This document shows positions 10,191 through 23,050 of a stretch of DNA of 64,000 bases, one piece after another. Under the pieces are notes generated by a model, which had not been told where the DNA came from, made no database searches, and saw only the letters and a list, made by a program, of their open reading frames with translations. The position numbers and the translations under genes are program-made. The DNA is from Octopus sinensis (taxonomy: Eukaryota). Each line of letters begins with the position of its first letter. The stretch's first letter is position 1. The DNA is taken from the NCBI RefSeq assembly GCF_006345805.1, contig NC_043015.1, forward strand, positions 39,680,001 to 39,744,000, given 5' to 3'.

Positions 10191-10413
10191 AACGACTGTT
10201 CAAGAATTTTGACCTGGAGATCTCCATTTCCAGCGACTTCCAGGGTCACCTCCCAGTGGTGTCGGGCGTCAACGAAGAACCCTCGACTACAACAAGACAG
10301 ACCAAAGTTTTTTTTTCCCAAGGTCTGGGGTCTCCCACCCCTAAGCCCTAGACCATCACCTAATCACCCTTACCCATCTTGTTGCTTGACAACAACAACA
10401 GCAACAACAGCAA
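10191..10413 (+). mobile_element. ~200-bp dispersed element in (CAA)n context, copy 1
   Basis: Closely matches 24941-25146 with the same 5' start; (CAA)n-like sequence on both sides. Confidence 0.7.
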
Positions 10414-11147
10414 TACAGCTTCTATCCAGTTGCTCAACTTACTAGAAAAAGTAGGCAAATCTACCTCAAATCACGCTTTGCTTGGATCGAAACTGGAATA
10501 TTGATGATTGGGATGGCCTTTGATTATTGGTTTCTTGGGGCTAAATGACAGTAAACCATCATTACTGTCATCATCATCATTGTCATCATCATCATCATTA
10601 CTTCCTCCTCCACCTTCCCCTCCAACAGCTGGGACCCCAAATTTTCCCATCATCCCTCCCTCCCTCCACTCCACTCCGCTGCCTGACAATTCCTGATAAT
10701 TTCCAATTAATTTTGTAAATGTCACATCTATATGTGATGGATCTATTTTCCACTCCCCCCCCCCCGCTGTTCTCAGTTGTAAATATAGGTCAAGTGAGTC
10801 CAGATCCCCCCCCACCATACCCACTTCACTTCCCTCTTATCTATAGTTCCCTTTTTTTCTATGGTGTGGGGGAGGGAGCGTGTTGTGGATAGGAAGAAAG
10901 AAGTCTAATGCCATTTTGCTGCTTCCAAGACAGCCACTGTCCTATTTTCTTGGCTCTCAGATAAGTCCCAGCTCAGGAGGAAGGCAACAATTTGTCTTCA
11001 GATTCGTTATTACTGAATATAATTGGATTTCAGATGTTTTGTTATTCTATGAGTCTGATATCCCTGTTGACATGATATCACTGTTGATGGGTGTGAGATA
11101 TGTGTGATGTATGGATGTGGTGTGATACCACTGTTTTTTTTTTTTAT

Positions 11148-11510
11148 CTTTCTTTTATTTGTTTCAGGCATTAGATTGTGGCCATGCTGCAGCACGAATG
11201 AATCGACCCCAGTACTTCTTTTTTTAATTTTTTTAAGCTCAAATTCTTTCAGTCCGTTTTGCTAAATTGCTAAGTTATGGGGACGTAAACACACCAACAT
11301 CAGTTGCCAAGTGGTGGTGGGGGACAGAAACAAAGACACACACACACACGACGGATTTCTTTCGGTTTCTTTCCACTAAATCCACTCACAAGGCTTTGGT
11401 TGGCCTGAAGCTTTAGTAGAAGACATACTTGTCCAAGGGACCATGCCAAGGGACTGAACCCAGAGCTATGTGTTTGTAAAGCAAGCTTCTTACCCTACAG
11501 CCACACCTGT
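11148..11510 (-). mobile_element. SINE-A
   Basis: Family motifs as in 1573-1900. Confidence 0.8.
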
Positions 11511-13027
11511 ACATCACTGTTGATGTGACAAGAATTTAAATATCTTCCTCAAGGTTTTGGAATGGAAACTTTTCTGTTTCAAGATCCCAGTTTTGTTTTT
11601 TCCTTCTTTTTGACTGTTTTATGTCTTCTGTGATGTCATGTGGGAAATTTATTCTTGTTGTAGTTGTTGTTTGCAGATGCCTGACTGTCTCTCGCTGCCA
11701 TTAACATCTCTTCACTGTAGGGATTCGTGCCTATTGTTGTTGAGTACTGGGGGTCAGCCCTGATCCAGAAAACTTACAATCAGTGCATTTAAGACATGAT
11801 TGTCCGATTTTCTCAGTCACTGTTCACCTTGGAGTACATTGTTCATTGTGTTCTTCTGTCTTTGATGTTAGAATATGATTTGAGGGATACCAAGCTACAC
11901 TTTCCAGCTGATTAAGCAACATCTTTGGCTAATGTTACTCGTGGTTTGTCCAGTTAGGTAAACTGATGACCGCAGTGTCCTTTACCTGAGATATAAGATT
12001 TATGAGACACAATAATGGAGTCTGGGGAAATTTAGTGATGGCCTGTCTCATGAAAATTGGTTAATAAATTTCATGGAAAACAACAGAGCTGTGTGCTGCG
12101 CTTTCAAGGTCTCCTGAAAACCTCACAGTGCATAAAGTATACAAAACATCTGTGTTTTAACTCTTTAGTGGAGGATAAATATTACCTTCTGGTATTAACA
12201 CCACTCCTGTTGCTATTAGTTATACAAACTTAGTTTATTGTACAAACTATATTGTTGAAATGTCAGATGTGATCAGTATGTGAGCATAAATGGCCTATTG
12301 GTTAAAGTAGTGGACAACCAGTCTAGAGGTGGACCATTGTTGGTGGTCTTGTACTTAGTGTCCATTAGCAAGATACTTCACACTGTGCTTGTCGTCAGGT
12401 GGAATGGTGTAGAAGAAAGAACTCACAACTGTGATTAGAAACTGAACAATAAAATTGAAAACATCTTTTTACTGGGTCTGGAAGAAGAATCAGTTTCCAT
12501 GGCCTTCACAGGTCCTCCTTCCTAGGCTGGGAAATTTAATGCCAGTTGGATGACTGACCTTTCTTTGGATATAGTTTAGTTGGGCTGTGACCCCCAAGAG
12601 GTGAGTTGATTGAGCGGTTAAAGCATCAGAGTGTCTTGTGGTATTTGTTCTGGCCCTATATGTTCAAAATACCATCGATGTCAGCATTACCTTTCTTTTT
12701 TTCAGGTTTAATAAAATAAATAAAGTACCATTGCTAGGGTTAACTCTGCTCCTCTTTCTCATTTATTTTCTTTCGTCCCTTGAAGAGAGGAGGGTCCCAT
12801 CACTTCAAAAGTGCTGCAAACACTCTCTGTTATAACACAACCTCCTTTATTATTAACTTTATGAAGAGTTAAAGCACCCCCTCCATAGGGCCTGGTTCAC
12901 TCCACAAAACAGTGCAGATTATAACTAAATTCCTTCTGTACTTTATTGTTGATGTAAGAAATTGTTTTATTAATTAATCTTTATGTAATTATTGGATGTA
13001 ACTGATAGTATTGAGATATTCTGCTGT

Positions 13028-13109
13028 GACTAATAAGTGTCTCTCGCTTTTGTTTTCCTTTCTAGGTAAGTGAAGTTTTGTTTTATTATGACGATCTACG
13101 ACCGTAAGT
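13028..13109 (+). other. Recursive-splice-like site (branch point, pyrimidine tract, AG|GTAAGT) with a second donor 38 nt downstream
   Basis: GACTAAT (13028-34), TCTCTCGCTTTTGTTTTCCTTTCTAG|GTAAGT (junction 13065/13066), and ACC|GTAAGT (13103/13104). Confidence 0.6.
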
Positions 13110-13259
13110 ATTCTAATTACTTCCTAATTAACCATCGGGCCAATATAAACAGGACTGCAACAGTGATGAATGCCACAGCACAGCCAGCATGAGATTTGAA
13201 ACCGTATCGTGCTGATTAATCTCAGCATCTCTGTACTTAGAGAGTAAGACCGAAACTAG

Positions 13260-13308
<49 letters not shown>

Positions 13309-14094
13309 GTATATATATATATGAATGACATAAATGTTTGTGTAAGCTTTTTTCTTTTCTGTCATACAATAATATACACACCCTGATACAGACTCACTCA
13401 TATTTATGATAAAAAAAAATTTCTCTATAAATATTCACTATCTCAATAAACCTCATTATTTTAATGCCTTCTGTAACACTCGGAAAAAAGTATTGCGCAC
13501 ACATACACACACACACACAGAAGCTTGTGTGTGTGTGTGTGTAGGGTAGAGATAGTGGTCATGTGTTAATTCACAGTGGGAGGCGGGGTGGGGGAGATGA
13601 AGGTGAGGTTTTCTCTTAAGTTGAATATTAATATTTTTTTGTTTTCTTCTCCATGTCAAAACCGAAAGCTGTATTGAGGAAAAAAAAATGTGATTGTTGA
13701 GTGTTTGGGAAGTAATTTAAGGCCAAAACCAGCTGGGTTCAGAGACCAGGTTCTAAATTTCTGACAAATACATAAATCAAAGCATCACTGAATTGTCTGA
13801 AGAATCAGGGGAGGAGGGGTGGCTTGTCACAGGCTAAAATTCCTTCTGATTTATTTAATAATTTTATAGAAACAACCCCCCCCCCATTAACAATGACAAA
13901 ACCCGGATTTAAAACACTGGATGATGATGATGATGATAAACTCAGTCGTGTTTTTTGAGTTTTTTATGACCCCCCCCCCCTCCACATTTTCTTTTGTTCC
14001 GTTGCTTAGTCTGAAAATGCTTTGCCAAGTTGTTGAAGACTCTCTTGTCCTGGGGCAGTGCCAGGTGGAAGTTTCCGTTGTTGACATCACTATC

Positions 14095-14465
14095 TTTTAT
14101 CTTTTACCTGTTTCAGTCATTAGACTGTGGCCATGCTGGGGCATCGCCTTGAAGAATTTTAGTCAAACGAATTGACCCCGGGACTTTTTTTTAAAGCCTG
14201 GTACTCATTCTGTTGGCCCCTTTTGCCAAATCATTAAGTTATGGGGATGTAAACACACCAATATCAGCTGTGTCAAGTGGTGGTGAGGAACAAACAGACA
14301 CAACGACACACACATGCATACACACACACATGATGGGCTTCTTTCAGTTTCCATCTACCAAATCCATTCATAAGGCTTTGGTTAGCCCTGGGCTGTATAT
14401 CATAGAAGACACTTGCCCAAGGTGCCATGCAGTAGGACTGAACCCTAAACCATGTGGCTGGCAGG
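14095..14465 (-). mobile_element. SINE-A
   Basis: Family motifs. Confidence 0.8.
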
Positions 14466-16159
14466 CAAAGTCCAAATTCTACACAGCTGAGGTTTCAGAC
14501 ATTTTCTTACTGTAATTTCATTCGTTATGTTTGTGTGGTTGTTGTTGTTGTTGTTAATTAGCATCTTCTCTTCAAGGTTAGAGTTTAGAGAAGGTTTGTG
14601 TCCTGTACAGAAATGTTTGTGTAATCCTGAAGGCATTTATGTCCTCGACAACAAAATGTTTTTGTGTCATTTACGCAACAATTCTGTGGAGGACAAAAAT
14701 TTCAGTTTTATTTCTTGGAAAGGAAATATTTCAATTCAACATTATATTTCTCAATAACGTTTATATCAGCATGTTTTACACACACACACATACCAGGTTG
14801 TTTTATTGTATTGCTTTTAGTAGTTATTCCCTTGTCGGAGGAGCTGGTGGCGGAGGAGGGTGGTGGTCTCATGGGACCCCCATTGGAACGAGGAAGTGGC
14901 TGAAAGGGTGGGGTTTCAATGGTTAATGTTTAATTTGAATTATGATCCGGTGTGGATGTATATATGTTAGTGAACCCGTGTGCATGTAATAATAATAAAG
15001 TACATGTGTTTGTGTGAGGAGATAATTGTGTGTGTGTGTGTGTGTGTCTCATGCATTACAGCTGTGTACTAAACACTAATGATGGTTGAGTCACAAATGT
15101 TCCATAAAGCTAAAGTGTCAGTCTTTAATGGGAAATGCCTGTGACTATACTGTCCTTCCTTCCCTTCTTCCCTCCCTCATCACTGCTGTTCTGTCTCTTT
15201 AACCCAGACACTGATCCCATCTAGGTCCCGCTTTACATGACAGCAAATACAATAGGGGTCACTGGCTTGGTTTATTTACAGTTCAAACATACATCAACAA
15301 CAACAACACTTTCTGCTATAGGCACAAAGCCTGAAATTGTGGGTGAGGGGACTAGTCGATTACATTGACCCCCAGTACGGAACTGGTATTAAAATGGACT
15401 TTCCTGTTGAAGACGATGTAGAAGTGTTCAGCCTTTGCTGAATAACCTGTACATAGGATCTGCTACTATGATAATTATGAGAATACTCTTGTGTTCTTCT
15501 CTGTCACAGCATATGAATGAGAAAGGAAGGGGTGATGGTAAACTGGTAGTGGGAGTGTTTCAACTCTGTGTGTGTATATAAAAGGGAGTTTGTGTGTGTG
15601 TGTGTGTGTGTGTGTACAATGGAAGTGGGATGGTGAACATTCAGCACTGAAAAGGAAAATCAAACAGCGTTCCAACTCTGCGTGAGTATATGTATGTATG
15701 TGTGTGTGTATGCAAGAAAGTATGTGAATGTTTGTATGTGTGAACCAGAGTTCTTTCAGTAACAAATGACGATCGATGTCACATCTCAAAAGACAGCCAC
15801 TAAATAACATTGACAAGCATATTAATTTGATTTACCATCCATATTTATATATAAAATTCCACAATTAGCCGTTATTTTTGACGGCATGAGGTCAGCTAGT
15901 TTGTTTGTAGTGACCAATTGTTTCTGCCGCACATTAACTCCCTCCCTCCATCCAATCGCTTTTGCCTGAGTAGGTGTATGGTATAGTATATCACGTATCA
16001 GGTGTCAAAGTACAAAATGTGATGAATCAATTGCTTTAACTGACCAGTTGACCATTATGATTATTTGATCTGGATAATTTCCTCCCCTTTTCCTATGTAA
16101 GTACAGGTTGTACCCCAGCCACTCTCTAAATATCTACATGCTTCATATACTCTTTTCTA

Positions 16160-16640
16160 CTCTCAGCACAAGGCCTGAAATTTGGGGGAAGAGGGCTGGT
16201 CGATTAGATAGACCCCGGTATGCAATTGGTACTTAATTTATCAACCCCAAAAGGATGAAAGGCAAAGTCGACCTCGGTGGAATTTGAACTCAGAACATAA
16301 AGACAGACGAAATACCGCTAAGCATTCCGTCCGGCATGTTAACGTTTCTGCCAGCTTGCCACCTTACATGCTTCATAAATTCTATTGCAACAATGATATG
16401 CATTATTACTATTATGATATACTCTAAGACGGTAGCAAGCTGGCAGAATCGGTACCACACCAGAAAAAATGCTTACCACTATTTCTTCCAACTTTACATT
16501 CTGAGTTCAAATGCCCCTGGAGTTGACTTTGCCTTTCATCTTTTTGGGGTCAATAAAATAAGTACCAGTTACGTACTGAGGTTGATGTAATTGACTAACC
16601 TCCTCTTCTGAAATTGCTGGCCTTGTGCCAAGAATTGAAA
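16160..16640. mobile_element. Divergent (inverted) pair of SINE-B copies
   Basis: 16160-16360 on minus and 16430-16640 on plus, heads about 70 bp apart. Confidence 0.8.
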
Positions 16641-17739
16641 CCATTATGATATACTCTTTTGTTAACTCAATGTTTTACGCATTATTACTGCCATAATGGT
16701 ATTCACTATTATTATTAATATCATTCTATTATCAACAGACGTGCTCACCATGCTTCTGGGACATGTTGTACGTGGCCTTCATTTTCAGTGACTTGTGGGT
16801 TGACCAGGTGTGTATGTTTTTGATAAGTGAGGAAGCAGTTTGTAACTAATGAAGAATCTTTTCCTTGTGGTGGATTCTTGTATTTGTGGACAGTGGAATT
16901 TCACACTGGAGCACAGTTCCAGAATTTCGAAACTCATTGTGGACACCCAAGATATTTAGTGAAATCTTTGGTTCACTGCTGACCATTCTTAGAAGATCTG
17001 GTACCTATTGTCAACAAATGGTTGAACTGAGACCAATGTAGACTGTTCAATTTTACCTTCAAGCACAGTGTCCCACTGGTTATACTACTGGAAGGGAGAT
17101 TTGATCTCTTGACAGCAGGCAAAAGATAATCCAATATGTTCAGCCTCTCGTATCTATATTTTACTACCTTAATACCCTTGGGAAGTGCATGAACACCTCA
17201 ATACTGTCAATCCTGTGGTATATTCCAATATAAGAAATCAATAATGTGTTATTTCAAACCAAATCCCTAGAGATTTGGAGATATTCCGTCAAACTCTGTG
17301 TGATATTCTATTGGCAGTCAGATTTTTCTTCAATCATTTCATTTTTATTGGATTCTAATGAAGAGTTCTGCTAGGAAGAAGAAATCCAATAACAGAGATA
17401 AACCATTTAGTATTCTCCATGGCACCAAACTACAGTTGTGTCTTTAACTATTGACTTCTCAATCAATAAATTTTTTTGGAAAAACCAAACCAAGCCTTCA
17501 TTCTCAATAATCTTTCACCAAGGAATTCCATCTTAATTCTTTGAGAGAATATTTTTAGCAAGAATTGGCTGTTCTGTGTGTGTTTGTGTGTGTGTATATG
17601 TGTGCACATGTGCGTTTATGTGTGTATATTCATGCATGCGTATGTATGACTGCATACATACACACACACAGACCCCCCCCACACACACACACACTCTCTC
17701 TCTCTCTCTTGATTGCTTGGTATAGATTGCTTTACAACC

Positions 17740-18090
17740 GCATCATCATCAACCAGTGTTTTAAATCCGGGTTTTGTCCCTGTTAATAGGGGTGGCCGGA
17801 TCTACCTCAATGCCATAGCAACCACCCTCACACCATCTTGCCATCTTGCCCAGTTTTGGGCATCCTCCTTTTTCAAACCAACCCTCCCCCAATCTCCTCC
17901 TCCACCTGTCCCGTCCACCTTTTCCTCAGTCTACCTCACTTTCCCGCTCCATTTACCCCAAGCACAATCACCCTCCTCAGAACATGCTCTTCCTCCCTCC
18001 TCAACACATTCCCATACCACCTCACTCCATTCACCCTTGCCAACCATTCCACCGATTCCTCCAACCCCAGCATCCCCATCAAATTCTTGC
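17740..18090 (-). mobile_element. 5'-truncated RTE LINE from a second RTE family, decayed ORF2 C-terminus
   Basis: LMGMLGLEESVEWLARVNGVRWYGNVLRREEEHVLRRV...GK*GRLRKRW.../VGLKKEDAQNWARWQDGVR matches RTE motifs (RW-G-VLR, GR---W, DA--R--W). Its 3' UTR CCCGGATTTAAAACACTG-(GAT)n is also at ~13890-13935. Confidence 0.85.
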
Positions 18091-18811
18091 CTTTTGTAAC
18101 TCACTGTCTGACCCATGCTAACATAGGAAAATGGACGTTAAAATGGAACACGCACAGGATCATGTACATAATATACCCTTGTGGTGGATACACACACACA
18201 CATATATATGTATGTATGTTTGTGTGTGTGTATGTGTTTATAGATAAAAAATACACATTAAGTACAGGACATCACCAACGAGTGAAAAATATGTAAACAC
18301 ACAGAGATGAATACAGGATGAAATACCAAAAGAAGCCTAACTCCTCCTCAGTTGTCGACTGTTTTACTACTCCCTATTTTGTGCTTTATATATATACAGC
18401 AGAAGAGTTAAGGCCACTCGCTTTGGTGAAGAGGATTGGCCTGTAAGAGTTGTGTGCCAGTACCACATGGAAAGCACTTGTGCTGGTGCCATGTAAAAGC
18501 GCTCATGCAATGCCATGTTAAAAGCACCCAGCACACACTATAATGTGGTTGGTGTTAGGAAGGGCATCCAGCTGTAGAAACTATGTCAAATCAGACTAGA
18601 ACTCAGTGCAGCTCTCCAGCTGGCCACCTCTGGTTAAACCGTCCAACCCATGCCAGCATGGCAAATGGACATTAAAGAATGATAATGGTGATGATGATAT
18701 ATAACTGTTGCACTGACACTCAGTTCTGGGTACATGTTTACTTACAGTGGAAACAGCTGTAAGCTAATGAATGTGATTACACAACTCCTGCTCTTTTGTC
18801 ATTCATTTATG

Positions 18812-18865
<54 letters not shown>

Positions 18866-19099
18866 TGTGTGTGTGTGTGTATGTATAATCTTCTCAGTAG
18901 AATAAATTATGCAGATATACTTATTTAAATAATATTGATGTTGTTAATTTATTGCAGGATATTTGTCATTTTTCGTTTTTTATTTTTACTTCAGCTCATG
19001 AAACAGACATTATCATCTGGAGAAGTTAACCAAAATATATACTAGCTTCTCATACATGGGGACTATGTCTCACTTCATGGAACAGGAATTGACTTGAAG

Positions 19100-19633
19100 G
19101 AAATAGTAGTTGTGATACCTGTGCCGGTGGCACATAAAAAGCACCATCCGAACGTGGCCGATGCCAGCGCTGCCTCGACTGGCTTCTGTGCCGGTGGCAC
19201 GTAAAAAGCACCATCCGAACGTGGCTGATGCCAGCGCTGCCTCGACTGGCTTCTGTGCCGGTGGCACGTAAAAAGCACCATCCGAACGTGGCTGATGCCA
19301 GCGCTGCCTTGACTGGCTTCTGTGTCGGTGGCACGTAAAAAGCACCATCCGAATGTGGCTGATGCCAGCGCCGCCTTGGCTGGCTTCTGTGCTGGTGCCA
19401 CGTTAAAAGCACCAACCGATCGTGGCTGCTGCCAGACTCCCCTGGCATCTGTGCCGGTGGCACGTAAAAAGTACCCACTACACTCGCGGAGTGGTTGGCG
19501 TTAGGAAGGGCATCCAGCTGTAGAAACACTGCCAGATCAGACTGGAGCCTGGTGCAGCCTCCTGGCTTCCCAGACCCCGGTCGAACCGTCCAACCCGTGC
19601 TAGCACGGAAAACGGATGTTAAATGATGATGAT
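19100..19633 (+). mobile_element. RTE family C 3' end with an expanded 67-bp tandem array
   Basis: Unit heads at 19127, 19194, 19261, 19328, 19395 and 19457; (GAT)n tail. Confidence 0.85.
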
Positions 19634-20468
19634 CTTTTTTATGCTAATGTTGGTTAGAAATTGTTGCATAATTTAGATATTTGCATCGCTAATTACATTA
19701 TTAATTAATGACATCGATTGTTTAACCGTATTGTCATTGTAAGCAGGTGTCCTTTGTTTCATTTCCATAACGACCAGAGGATATTGTCGAGGTCATTGAT
19801 GGTTGTGCAAGATAAGGCCAAACCTCACAACTGTAAACAAAACATCTGTGTTACCTGATATACTCTGGGGCCTCTAAAGCAATTAATACAGTCTTGTAGT
19901 ATTAATTTACAAATGTCAGTCATTGGGTGGTGGTGGTGGTCATATTGGAGCAGAATCTTTTTAAAGATAATATAGTCAATTATAATGATCTCAAGCACTT
20001 GTCCACTATTTTATAGGCCTAGGGTGTGAGTTACTTCATTGATCTCAGCAGGATTTGAACTTAGAATGTAAAGGCATGTAACTAAATACCACAAGGTATT
20101 TTGTCTGATGCCCAACCGATTTTGTGGTAATTATTTATGATGTGATGAAGTAGCTAGTGACGAATTATATCTACCTTGTTATGGTACAATTTGATGGTGT
20201 AGATTCAATGATGGACTGTATATACCTCCTTGTGATACCTATTTACTGTGTGGCAGCTGAAGAACGGTGATGTCGTGTACCTCCTCATGGTACCTATTTA
20301 CAGTTTGAAGAAGTAGATGTAGTGATGGCCTCATGCCTCAGAGTCACTTTTTACAGCTGGATAAATTGTATCTTTCCATTTCATGTACTCATGTCAATTA
20401 TAATTTCAGTGTGGTATATATTTACAGCTAGCTTGACTGAGCTAGGATAATGGTATATGTTAATGTAA

Positions 20469-20665
20469 GGCTGCGAGTTGGCAGAAACGTTAGCACGCCG
20501 GGCGAAATGCGTAGCCGTATTTCATCTGCCGTTACGTTCTGAGTTCAAATTCTGCCGAGGTCGACTTTGCCTTTCATCCTTTCGGGGTCGATAAATTAAG
20601 ACCAGTTATGATCTGTCCTTGTTTGTTCTCTCTGTGTTTAGCCCCTTGTGGGTAGTAAAGAAATA
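20469..20665 (+). mobile_element. SINE-B with 17-bp TSD
   Basis: GGTATATGTTAATGTAA at 20452-20468 and 20666-20682. Confidence 0.9.
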
Positions 20666-21239
20666 GGTATATGTTAATGTAAACAACATAGAACATGAGG
20701 GGTGACTGGACATGAATTCACAACTGTTTGGCTGAAATGGTAAATGACCTACTAACAACAACGCTGCTTGTTTAATAGTCAAGTGGACCACATTAAAATG
20801 AAGTGTTTTATCAAAACGCCCACACAGAAATTCTACTTTGCACAGTAAAATACTTCTGAAGTGCACCCACAAAATTATTATTTATCCTTTTGAGGTTCAT
20901 GGAATAAGCACCAGGTGAATACGGAGGGGGGTTGTGCTGTTCTTGTAATTGACTTACCCCTTTCTTCTTAAATTTGCTGGCCTTGTGTCAAAATTCGAAA
21001 CCAGTAATTATGAACTGGCAGAATCGTTAGCAGAATCATGAAGTTAGAAGAAACGCTTAGCAACATTCTTTCAGCTTTAGGTTCTAAGTTCAAATTCTTC
21101 TGAGTTCAACTTTACCTTTCATCGTTTCAGGGTCTTTAAATTAAGTACCTGTTGACCCCTTGGATTGATGTAATTGATTAACCTTCTCCCCCACCCAGAT
21201 TTCCAGGCTTGTGCCTATAGCAGAAATTATTATTATTGA

Positions 21240-21790
21240 GTGAGTGAGCGGTGCATGCCATCAAAGTGAAACTGGGGTAAAATATACGAAGCCCAATATA
21301 CCCATCATGACTACCCGTCTGATAAAGGTACACCAGGCACATGCATCACAACCATATGTGCATGACATGGTGATCTCATATGAAGATAAACAGTGCATGA
21401 CCTTGCAGGTGGAGCCTTGTTAGAATTTTCTTCAGGTTGAGTAGCCCATCCTGCTCAAAAGGTCTCTGAATGAGGGTTGTTTAAAAATGTTGAACAGAAC
21501 TCCCATGTTTCCAAAGGTGAATTATTCAAATCCCAAAGAATTCCTTTCAACACATGGCTATGATGCTCCCCCACTACTTCTGCTTGTGATCAGAGATGCA
21601 CATATCGTCAGCCACTAAGGGACATGCTCAACTGGTTAAGGTCAAACAACTGACAATCAAATCTGTGGTACTGAACAGAATATTTGCTGTAGCCCATCTT
21701 TTTATACCAAGACAAAACAATGTACATGATGACACTTCCAATCAGCTAAGATCAGAAGCCATGAGAGCCACTGCCTGGAACTGCATCAGG
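21240..21790 (-). mobile_element. ~550-bp interspersed repeat ending in (CTCA)n on the minus strand
   Basis: Non-coding and sharply bounded by simple repeats. I recall it as an abundant octopus repeat, but it is single-copy here and the class is not demonstrable. Confidence 0.45.
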
Positions 21791-22331
21791 GCAATTATCC
21801 TTCTCCTCCTCCTCCTTTGGCGGTGTCGATAACCATTATTTCTTTATTTGTTGGCAATTCTGAAGCAATTCCAAAGAATTACTCTCAGAAATGTTATCTA
21901 ATAGTTTCATGTCGTTTAGCCCCAGGTCAGTCCTAACTGAGTAGACCCATGATCAAAGGCATTCCGCTCATAAATATACTGTTTTCTCAGGCATTGCATA
22001 TCTAGGACTACATTATCCAATGTGTCCCATCTTCATTAAAGCAGTAGGGTGTAATATGAATTAGATCTGATTGTGATTTTTGCTTGTTTGAGAGACCACT
22101 TAGAGACATTTTCCTTTTGATAATGTGGCTGCAATAATTTGCATGCTTCGAGTTTATGTAGGTTTTTTTTTTGTTTTTTGTCTTTTGTTTTTTCTTTTTT
22201 CTTTTCTGTTGATGGATCTTCAATAAAATGACATTTGAACAAAATCACTTTCTGTAGCAATTCTAACACTTTTTCTCATTTAAATTACAATCTCTGGGTC
22301 ATTGCACTACTGAATACACTCTCTCTCTCTA

Positions 22332-22378
<47 letters not shown>

Positions 22379-22650
22379 TTCACTATCTCTCTCTCTCTCT
22401 CTCTCTTTCTCTCTTTCTTTCTCTCTCTCACACTCTCTCTCTCCCTCCCCCCCTCTCTCTCTCTCTCTGTGAAAGAAAGGGTAAAAAGATTGCTCTGTGT
22501 GTGTGTGTATATCTATTAATGCCATAAAAATAGTGTGTGTATGAGATGGAATGTGTGTGGGAACATATTACTGTGTGTGTGTGTGTGTGTGTGTAAAATA
22601 GGTTATAGGTGTTAACATAAACAAAAGAAGAGTAGATGATGTGTGTGTGT

Positions 22651-22710
<60 letters not shown>

Positions 22711-23050
22711 GGGGGAGGAAGAGTGAAATATAATAAAATGATATAGTCAGTTAGTGATAATACATCATAACCAAAAGTGTCTTGGTCTTCTACTACCCAG
22801 GCTGACCAAAGCTTTGTGAGTGAATTTGTAGACAGAAACTGAAAGAAACCTACCATATATGTATGTATGTATGAATGTATATGTGTTTGTATCCCGTTGT
22901 CTTAATATCGCATAATAGTCGTAAATGAGATTCCCTGTCATACAAGCACCACTGTCGTCAATGGTCATACAGGCAGCAGTGTGATGCATTTTTAGTATTC
23001 TGTGGACAGATATCTGGCCAAGGGGAAAGGTTAGTTTACTTGGAGACAGT

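Noticed and set aside
10200-10300. Possible HDV-like or hammerhead ribozyme in the (CAA)n element; also CTGATGA motifs near 8449/9104-9130 and 40082
   Set aside because: I could not build the P1/P1.1/J4-2 pseudoknot or find a correctly placed GAAA core by eye.
16700-17560. Unique-looking stretch with short open frames
   Set aside because: No coherent ORF or motif; probably decayed transposon or plain intron.
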